From positions 655,898,001 to 655,962,000 of the forward strand of contig NC_091282.1 in NCBI RefSeq assembly GCF_032444005.1: DNA of 64,000 nucleotides, in the 5' to 3' direction. Under the pieces are notes generated by a model. It was not told the origin of the DNA, did not search any database, and was given only the letters and a program-made list of their open reading frames with translations. This DNA comes from Ranitomeya imitator (lineage: Eukaryota). A program made the position numbers and the translations under genes. Of this stretch, positions 62,820-64,000 are shown piece by piece; position 1 is the first letter of the stretch; the number at the start of each line of letters is the position of its first letter.

Positions 62820-64000
62820 TATATTCGTGGACATAGAGGGCAGTATTATAGTAGTGATATTCTTGTACATAGGAGCAGTATTATAGTAGTTATATTTTTG
62901 TACAATGGGGAAGTATTATAGTAGTTATATTCTTGTCCATAGGGGCAGTATTATAGTAGTTATATTCTTGTACATATAGGGAAGTATTATAGTAGTTATA
63001 TTCTTGTACATAGGAGCAGTATTATAGTTTTTGTAGTCTTGTTCATAGGAGCAGTATCATAATAGTTATATTCTTGTACATAGGGACAGTATTATAGTAG
63101 TTATAGTTTTGAACATTGGGGCAGTATTATAGTAGTTATATTCATGTACATAGGAGCAGTATTATAGTAGTTATATTCTTGTACATAGAGGACAGTATTA
63201 TAGTAGTGATATCCTTGTACATAGGGACAATATTATAGTAGTTATATTCTTGTACATAGTGGAAGTATTATAGTAGGTATATTCTTGTACATAGGAGCAG
63301 TATTATAGTAGTTATATTCTTGTACATAGGAGCAGTATTATAGTAATTATATTCTTGTACATAGTGGAAGTATTATAGTAGTTATATTCTTGTACATAGG
63401 AGCAGTATTATAGTAGTTACATTCTTGTACATAGGGGCAGTGTTATAGTAGTTATGTTTTTGTACATAGGGGCGGTATTATCATTTAGTGTATTCTTGTA
63501 CATAGAGGGCAGTATTATAGTAGTTATATTTTTGTACATAGGAACAGTATTATAGTAGTTATATTCTTGTACTTAGGGGCAGTATTATAGGAGTTATATT
63601 CTTGTACGTAGGGGCAGTATAATAGTAATTATATTTTTGTATATAGGGGCAGTGTTATAGTAGTTATACTCTTCTATATAAGGGACAATATGTTTGTTCA
63701 GTAAGATCCAATAGAAACATGAAAAATTGTCTAATTTGTGAGTTTTCAATAAGGAGAAAAGCAGAAGCTGCAGGGAGACTCCTCTGCCAGCAGTTTATCT
63801 TCTCTATAAGCAAAGGGATTGGAGGTTGGCATTACAAATGCAACTGCCAGGTCCTTCTTTACCTTTTAGTATGGTAAATAGTCTTAACAAGTGAAATCTT
63901 TTTTTGATCCAAAAATGTTGTCAGCATAGTTGTCACATCCCTTCTCTTCTCCTGTAATATGATTAGCATGACACTCTGAATACAAAGGGGGTTGGTGTCC

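Larger units (their letters stand above)
59625..63690. repeat. ~35-37-bp satellite (GGAGCAGTATTATAGTAGTTATATTCTTGTACATA), split by a Tc1
   Basis: Tandem units on both sides of 61075-62819. Confidence 0.95.

Noticed and set aside
52000-64000. Expected neighbour CDC42SE1 and the MLLT11 first exon/REST site
   Set aside because: No CRIB-domain or MSEFW-like exon found; candidate donors (~51870, ~52016) and REST-like fragments are too weak to call.

Overview
Vertebrate genomic DNA, most likely an anuran amphibian (inferred from gene content and repeat families); it is not prokaryotic and has no CRISPR array. Three host genes are supported: a single-coding-exon cortexin (+, 5010-5255), an 8-coding-exon GABPB2 (-, 38474 to 23730, 434 aa) and MLLT11/AF1q (-, 50066 to 49845). 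MLLT11 followed by GABPB2 matches the human 1q21.3 order. The rest is dominated by nested mobile DNA: two DIRS1-type tyrosine-recombinase retrotransposons, three Tc1 elements, non-autonomous hAT, PIF/Harbinger, Kolobok/T2, pogo-like and Helitron elements, V-SINE/L2 tails and several minisatellites. The most notable signal is a non-coding 956-bp insertion at 10944-11899. It contains a ~350-bp tandem unit, and each full unit carries a complete type I hammerhead ribozyme on the minus strand (11081-11125, 11431-11475). The insertion is flanked by a 14-bp target-site duplication and has an inverted terminal segment, consistent with a retrozyme mobilised by target-primed reverse transcription. A second, minimal U3-A8 hammerhead-like motif lies about 630 bp to the left (10277-10316). 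The cortexin resembles CTXN2/CTXN3 but sits beside GABPB2/MLLT11, so it may be a fourth ohnologue absent from the human locus.
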